Below, piece by piece: positions 53,701-62,527 of a stretch of DNA of 64,000 nucleotides. The notes beneath the pieces were generated by a model, which was given only the letters and a program-made list of their open reading frames with translations, was not told the origin of the DNA and did no database searches. Within the stretch, counting starts at the first letter, position 1. Every line of letters starts with the position of its first letter. This DNA is from Octopus bimaculoides (Eukaryota), in NCBI RefSeq assembly GCF_001194135.2, contig NC_068982.1, positions 47,420,495 through 47,484,494 of the forward strand. The letters are read 5' to 3'. Position numbers and translations under genes: made by a program.

Positions 53701-55765
53701 CTTTTATTTTTATAAAACATCATTATTGGAATAACCATGAAATTTAATTTCGCAGTGAAAGGATTAAAAGATATATAAAACAAAATAAACACTAAAATTA
53801 ATATAGCAGCCGTTTATCTTTCCACTTTCCACGCTTCGACATTTAACAGTTTAAAACAATGAAAACTAGAAGAAAATCTAGATTCTCTAAAAAAAAAAAC
53901 TTAATACTAACTTCGAAGTTAACTACTAAAAATAGTAAAAATTACCAAAAAATGTACTAGAGCTGAAATCTGCCGTCTCAACATTTAATAGAGGTAGTTT
54001 GTTGTTTAAAAATTTACCAAATAAACTCTGACGGCAGAACTCACTCCCATTTCCCAGTCAAAATAATCTCGCGGAGCTTCTCTCACTAACCGAAGGGTGA
54101 AAAGAAACGTTTATGCGCAGTACTAAATGAATCAATTGATTAAAAGAGGGTACATGAACAGAGATAATACACAGAAAGCAGCTATGTATCTTTTACTTGT
54201 ATTAGTCATTAGACTGCGGCCATGCTGGAGGACCGCCTTTATATCATAATTCGTTCGATAAAAATTCAAAGCGGTGCTCCAGCATAGCCGCAGTCTAATT
54301 ACTAAAACAAGTAAAAGATAAAAAAAAAATATTTAAGAATTGTGTCGATAGTAACTTCGAAGTTTCTGCACGCTTAGCTTTCATCGGACGGCCTCAGGCT
54401 AAGGCAGGCCGAAACTTCAGAGTCACAGTCAACTTTATTCTTATGTACTCTAAAAGAAGCTCTAAGAATTAAAAAAAAATATACCCGTTTCCAGATAATC
54501 CAAGAGAGCTTTGGACTTGAGAGAAAACTAATTAGACTAGGTTTACATTGAGATATAGAAAATAAGAGAAGTGCAAAAAGAAGGATAACGAGGGCTCAAC
54601 AAGAAAAAGTTGGATTTGTTACATTTGTTTAATAACTCCTATGTTACAAAATCAATGATAGATTAAAAAGAAAATCGTCCGTTTATCAAAATAATACATA
54701 AAAGGAAAAAAACGCTTTTCTGTAGTGCCATGGTCACCTACAGAAAACAAACCAATGACGAATGGACGTGTATGTTGTATGTTATTGCCAGACCAGTAAG
54801 AAGTAGCAGGCAAATTCCCCTTAAAATCTGATCCTATCATCTTCGAAAAAGGAATGATACATGGAAATAATGGAGAGGAGGACGGTGACGATTGGAACCT
54901 GTTCGACCATAGAGTAAACAGCGCCGACCTGGCACTGAATGAACAATACTACCCTAATCTCTCTCCCCAACCTACAGATTCTAAGGATGCATGCAAAGCA
55001 TACACACACCAAATTGGGACTGTGTCGAAATCACCTACAAAAACACACGCAGATACATACAAGGTGGCAGGCAGGCAGGTTGGGCTGGCTGGCTTAGCTT
55101 GCAAGACAGAATTCTAGCTTTTAGCAGCAGCTTCATGTAAACAAAGCCTGTGTGCGTGGTGTATGTATATGTATGGCTGACAGTTGCAAGCAAAGAGGAG
55201 GAAAATATATTCATCCGGTGGTTTACAACAGTTATTCGTACTTAAAAGTCATTTACATTTAACGCCAGCAGCAGCAAAGAAAAGTGAGAGACGGAGAGAG
55301 AGACAGAGAGAAGAGATACATAGCAACAAGAAGTTTGTGACTTTCATGCCTTGCTGCCAAATGCAAAAGATTTTATCAGAGCGCAAACACAATTTCAAAC
55401 ACGGAATCGGAGGTAGGGGGGAACACAGGTCGATGTCATTCATTCAGTGTGACGCAAGTAGAGAAACTTGTAAATATAAGAAAAACAATGCAAACACGAC
55501 TAGTTTTAATTCAGCACACTCTCAAGTTGCAGGTCCGATTATTCCAAGACCAAACTAATTAGAATCATTTTTTGGAATTATAGATTCACCATTGACAAGA
55601 AACGTCAGAAAAAATTTCCAAAAGAGTCGGTAAAGGAAAGGAGATTGTGTTCGTGACGTTCCCGATATTCAAATGAAGTAATATTTATACCTTAAATAAA
55701 ACTACATATATACACACATAAGAGGAATGACCACTAAGTGGACATCAATTTTTTACCCTTATTTA

Positions 55766-55816
<51 letters not shown>

Positions 55817-57144
55817 AATACTTATACATATACACACACACACACACATACAAATGGAGATGAATACATATAAACGGAGATAAGAGCACTCAATACATAT
55901 AGAGTTCATTCATCCTATCTTCGAAGTTAACGATTCACGAAGTCGATACTCCGAGTTTCTTGCTTTGTTCATTCATGGTCTGTAATGCATGCTTGTATAA
56001 GTAAATACACACACCAGAAATTCTGTTTACGAACATTTAAGCATTTGTATTGAGACCTTAAAGCTAAACTCAGTGTTCTGTATTTTCCATTATAATGTAA
56101 GCCCCTTCGATGACGGTCTTGACCAAACTGATTCATAACGGTTGAAACCAGGAAGATAATATCCAAAACAAAAGAACGCAACGCCTGATAGCGAAAACAA
56201 AAACGATGCATTAATCCATCTTTACCTCTAAAAGCCAACAGCAAATAGGCACAAGGCCCGAAATTTTAGGAGATGGATAAGTTGATTTCATCGACACCAG
56301 TTCTGAGCTGGTACTTATCACATCGATCCCTGAAAGGATGAAAGCCAATGTCGGCATAGGTGGAATTTGAACTCAAAACGATAAGATGATGATGAACAGC
56401 AGCTTATGTCAGACCGAAATTTTATATAATATACAGAAAAATGTTATGTATGCGGTGGGGTGCCAAAAATGTAATTAGTTGTTTTGTTTTTTCAAAGATG
56501 ACCCAATTCACAAATGACAGTAAACACAGACTGCCTGCCATCTTTATGTCACACTACTCAATGAACTAACAATGGGGGTTGCGTTAACTGCCAAATAACA
56601 CTGAATAAAATATACATTTCTGGCAAAATGAATACAACATATCTAATAAAGTTATGATGCAAAAAAAAACAAGAAATTCAGATCCCTCTCCCTTGGGGCA
56701 GAATCACTAAGCAATCCTTTTTTACCAGACAAAAAAAAAGGTAAACGATTAAAAAGGCGGGAAATCGTTGAATATTATATAAAAGTGGGGTAGAAACAGA
56801 ACAGTAAACAACGATGTCGATGTGTTTAACCTTAACTCTCATACGAAATTCAAATGAAATAAGTCCAAAAACCACTAATTCTATATCGAATATATAGCTG
56901 AAATAAAACTATAATTATCCTCGAACTTCCATATATATATATATATATATATAAACATAATTAAGGGATCAGCAAATATTTGCTTCACCACATACCGAAG
57001 TTCAGAAATAGCAGCTAAAAAAGCTGAGACTCCAAAAGATAGCATTACTTGTAACTCACAAAGGCAAAAACATACCGAAGGGCTTGGTAAAAATTATTAA
57101 TTGTTGATTTATTAATAAATTGATAAACCTTTACCCTTTTAATT

Positions 57145-57199
<55 letters not shown>

Positions 57200-58439
57200 C
57201 AATTAAAATGGTAAAGGTTTATCTATTTATTAATAAATCAACAATTAATAATTTTTACCAAGCCCTTCGGTATGTAAACACCATTATCGGTGGAGAACTT
57301 TGTGAGTTACAAGTAATGCTATCTGTTGGAGTCTCAGCTTTTTTAGCTGCTGTTTCTGAACTTCGGTATGTGGTGAAGCAAATGTTTGCTGATCCCTTAA
57401 TTATGTTTATATATATATATATGTATTATATTACCCCCTGCCTTTTCTTCTAAGATATATATATATATATATAATGGAATTGTAATTTAATTTACATGAA
57501 TTTTAGTCATTCACATTGTGTATATGTGTTTATATGTTAAGGCAGAAAAAATCCCAGTTAATTTGGAAAGAGTATTGCCGATTGAAGAACATCCAGCTGA
57601 TGCTGTTTGTGTCAATATGGTATTTTAAACGAAGAAAACAAAACTCGCTGTTCACTATAAGAACCAGCATGAAAGACGAGGGGAAACCTGTGCGTGGACG
57701 TTTCAATCTACTAGAAATAGAAATCATATCCTAAGAAAAAGAAGGCCCTATTATTATTACATGATGTAGACCTAATATATTTAGTACTGAATAACATAGT
57801 CTCTACTCGATCAGAAATGAACAGACCTCAAATTAAACAAACCTCAGCGTTATCACAATTGTTAAAATACAAACTGCAAAAAAAAAAAAAACCCAGCTGA
57901 AGTATTATTAAGGAATAAAATTAAAAGCTGTTGTAAAAAAACTGCTGTAAATTCTAAATATATAAACAAGAGAACCACTCCTAGAGTCATTGGCACGTTA
58001 TACTGATGATATAAGTACCATATTTGGAGATAAGCCTGCATATTGCGAAAGGATATGATACATTGATTGTTGGAATTCCTTACATTAATGAACATAACTT
58101 CTTACATTGACAGAAGGTCATATATTAAGAGGGATGTGGTGAAATCGACCCCAAGAAGGTACTTCATTGATACTGACTTAGAAAAAAAAACCTACGGGAC
58201 GAGACAATACCGTATTTTTGTGGTAAGACGATGCACCGAGTACCTACTACATTATCCAATGTGTCCTTCCTTTTAAGACGATAAGGGTGTGATTTGAGGG
58301 CGATGCTATTTTTACCACGTACAGGAAAACCCCGTTGACTCCATAAGTACTTCTGGGATTTGAACTTAAAACAAACGTAAATGTTGCCCAGTATTCTAAA
58401 TTCGCCAGAAACTCGTCAGCTGTGTTTCTTAAACAATGT

Positions 58440-58482
<43 letters not shown>

Positions 58483-60692
58483 AATATTATATACATATGT
58501 ACACACTATATATATACATATGTACACGCTATATATATATACATATGTACACGCTATATATATATATACATACACATACATTCTATACATATGAACACTA
58601 TATATACATACACATACATACATATGTACACACTATATATATTATACACATATGTACACTATATATTATACACACATACATTATATACATATGTACACTA
58701 TATATATACACGTACATTATATACATATGTACACTATATATATACACATACATTATATACATATGTACACTATATATATACACATACATTATATACATAT
58801 GTACACTATATATATACACATACATTATATACATATGTAAACTATATATATATACACATACATTATGTATATATGTATACACTGTATACGCACACGTATG
58901 TCTTCTAGATTAAGACTAAACAGGAGTTTGTTTCCATATAATACAAAAAAAATACATATTAAAAGACTGAAGTGATAGTTATATGAACTACAATTAATAA
59001 CATGATTACACTACATACAGATAACTTATTTCGACTGAAACCAGTTATCTTTTCAAAAAAAAAAAAGACAATAAAAGGAGATTATGAATATTGATCGCAT
59101 ATATCGAGTGACATTAGGTTAACATGCTGTTAAACTGAGGAATGAATGCATTTAATGACCAACAACAGTTGTTATTTACCCTCTGATCAGCTTCGGAACA
59201 AGCGGCGATATGAGATCAGTTATTTGCCGTAGTTATGAAAACTATCCCGTACCTTTTATTAGATATTCTAAGGCTACTTATGGCCAATAAGTAGGGGGAG
59301 GGGTCATTTTTACGAAGGAGTGTGTTGCGGGTGAAATTACACTGTTGTTTCTAACAAGTCGAAACGTCTGCTTCAACGCATAACAAGACTCGCTAAACAA
59401 GTTCAAATTGAGCGGAATAGGGTGCTAGCCGAAATAAAGTGTCTCCCAGCATTTCCCTGGGAAAAAGTTAACAGTAAATCGAACAGGGGAGTCGCTGACC
59501 GACATCACGGGCTGGAAAGTACATTGCAATGCTGATAATACTCAAGAGGCCGGTCAAACTGACCGCTAGCAGCAACAGAAAACATCAATAATAGTATTCG
59601 CTCACACAGTATAGGCCAGCCGTGGGCAATCTGCTAAATGGCACGCCTAACGAAAAATTACTTTGAAATTGTTTAGTAGTGCGGCCCTCCCGATTGATGA
59701 TTGAGCCATGTCTCATGAGGTCCGCTTCTCGAAAAAGGATTTCAGGTACCTGGTTTACACAAACTGGGTACAACAGTTACTAAAACATGTTTTAAATCTA
59801 CCAAAACATTTGCGTATATGATAATTGTTCCTAAACACAGGCATAGTTCGCAGTTTCTCTGAGTGTACACTGATTCACAATCGAGGATAAAAAGCTTTAT
59901 GACGAAAAAAAAAGAAATTAAAAATCATGAAGTCTCCTCGAAAATGTCCGAGAAAAACTTCAAGAAATAGAGAAAAAAGATTAAACAAGTGATCAGCAGG
60001 TTTGGAACAAAACCAAGATTTTTAAAAGCCTAAGGAAGCATCGAGAACAGGTTATATGTCAGTAATGTCGGATAGAAAAAAACCTAAACAGATGTTATAG
60101 GAAATGACTGGGATGGAAATACCCCAAGACCATGTAACAACGCATAGCCACCAGGAGAAGCAGGAAAGAAACGAAAGCAATCTAGAGACATTTTAGAAGG
60201 CAACTGAAACCAAGGAGGGGGAGAACTAGGAAACCTAATAGCTGATCCTTCTTCCACTTTTGCTTTCAATCAAACAATCCACACATACAAATGAAAGGGA
60301 AATGTGACAGGTAGAGAACCATAAGATGGATGGTGATTATTATCATCATTTAAGATAACAGCTAATGAAAAACTTAGTTGAAATATAATTGAACAGAAAA
60401 CAACCACAATATCTGTTCGTTCTATGAAAATGGTAAAACCTGGCCTTGATTGGGAAAAGGAGGGGGGCACTAAATATAGTTATTTTGTTAGTGTTTAGTA
60501 GCTGACTTGCTGGAACGAAGTACTTACTACTACTGCTATTACAACATTACAGACAACTACCAGCAGTGTGGCACGCAGACAACTCCTAATTTGAACACAT
60601 TCCTTCCTGCCAACTTTCACACGATACCAACAGGCAAAAAACATTTCACTGTAGTCGAATTGAGAAAAAGACGAAACAAAAAAAATATCACC

Positions 60693-60732
<40 letters not shown>

Positions 60733-62464
60733 GAAGCCGAATAACAATGTCCTTTATACATTCTGTAATTTCTTTTTTCTTCGATGTTCCTTTAGAGTGG
60801 CTAAAATCCTAAATCGTGTCAACTGATAAAGCGTTAAGATCTGTCATTCTTCACAACCACCCACCACATCGAATATCAAGAAAAAAAATTCTTCTTATAT
60901 ATATATATATGAAGGTTGTAAATTATCGCGGTCAGAGAACATATGTATATACATACATGTCCAGATTACCTATAGCTACATAACGGTAGAAATGGTAGAG
61001 AGAATCGCCGGCTTACACGACACTCAGGTCTCCAACACAATCACTCCATATGTTTGAGAAAGTTAACATGGCCTACAGCTATTGTTGACGAAGCACTGCA
61101 GAATACCAACTTCAATTTGTGCCCTCTCAATCAGTTTTATTAAAGATTGTAAAATTTACGGTTATATTTTACGATTTTTAACTGCTAAGTAGTTTTTCTT
61201 TTTAATAAAACGAGCAGCTGTGTGGTTTAAATATCCACTGCCATGAAGAAAATTTGGCCAACTTTGACAAAGATTTGTCACAATGCCCTCCAAGAAGAAT
61301 AAAAAGGATATGGAAGGAAGACTGCGGGACACATTACACAGGATACTAATATAACAAACAACCATTGGGGGTAACTCAGCAAGGAGCGAGCAACAACCAT
61401 CTGATGACAAATAGTAGAGAAAGACAGAGTAAAAGACGGTGAGAGAACAAAAAAGCATCTTGGGTAGTCTTAAATATGGCTACCCACAGTCTACCACTGT
61501 CTTTCACAAGTGTTATTTTGAAAGGGAAATTATCATTAGTCCTAGAAAATTACAAGGTAACAGGGCAGGCAAGACAAGAAGCTGACACGAACACACTTGG
61601 TGGCTTTTTTTTTTTTTTATTATTGTTGTACTTCAAACTCGACAGTGAGAATTAAGTGAAACCATAAGCATAAACAGTAATAATGGACAAGTAACTCAAT
61701 CACATTTTAAGACTCCCATTGATAATTGATACAATAAAGAAAAGAAAAATTGCTCCCAAAATATGTTAAGTCATTAGTCAGAAATGATCAGATTGTAGAT
61801 TAAGGTTTTATCTTGTTCGTTCAATTATCAAGAATATTCATTCACTGATGATTTACAATTTACCGCAGTTCAAAATACAAGATAACCTTATTTAGATACC
61901 AAATAGCTAGGAGTCTACATCCAACCTCGTTCCAACTCAGTATTTACAGTGAATTTCCCTCAAGTTTATCATCAGCAGTTACAATTAAATGATTACGCAC
62001 ATAGTTTTTTGTTTCTTTTTTTTTTTTTTTTCACCAGCTTTATTTAATATAGTCACTTTTTAAAAAAAAGATTAGTGAATTATCTAAGAGGATTGATATA
62101 TTTAAATCAACAGTGTGAGGACTCGTAAGCTTTAACTGCATAACGTCTGTGATGTATAATCTAGCCATCGAAGTCCACGATCGATGATGGTGTAATATAC
62201 ATTAAATAAAAAAAATATCTCAAATACATGGAAGTGAACAGTAAAAATGTGAAGAATACGAAAATGTTTATGAATTATAAGTTTATATATTCAATGAGTC
62301 TGGTAACTAAAGAATAAAACTTTTAAAGTCGTCGTCTACGAACCAGCTGTTTTCTAACGAGTTTCGAAGAATCGAGAAAACAAACTGTGTTCAATGTATT
62401 AGTTATTAATACTGTTAATAAGATTATATTGAACTTTCTAGAAACAGTATATGATATTAGAAAT

Positions 62465-62527
<63 letters not shown>

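Noticed and set aside
12384-55035. Other AG|GT juxtapositions on the minus strand (12385, 38217, 45959, 54737, 55034) as recursive splice sites
   Set aside because: Several such sites are expected by chance in 50 kb of intron. They have weaker donors or competing upstream AGs and no associated exon.
54854-55558. Plus-strand ORFs of 87 and 124 aa as a nested antisense gene
   Set aside because: No homology recognised. Locally higher GC and simple repeats lengthen ORFs; a regulatory reading fits better.
58381-58913. Long Tyr/Ile/His/Thr ORFs (up to 175 aa)
   Set aside because: They are translations of the TA-rich minisatellite.
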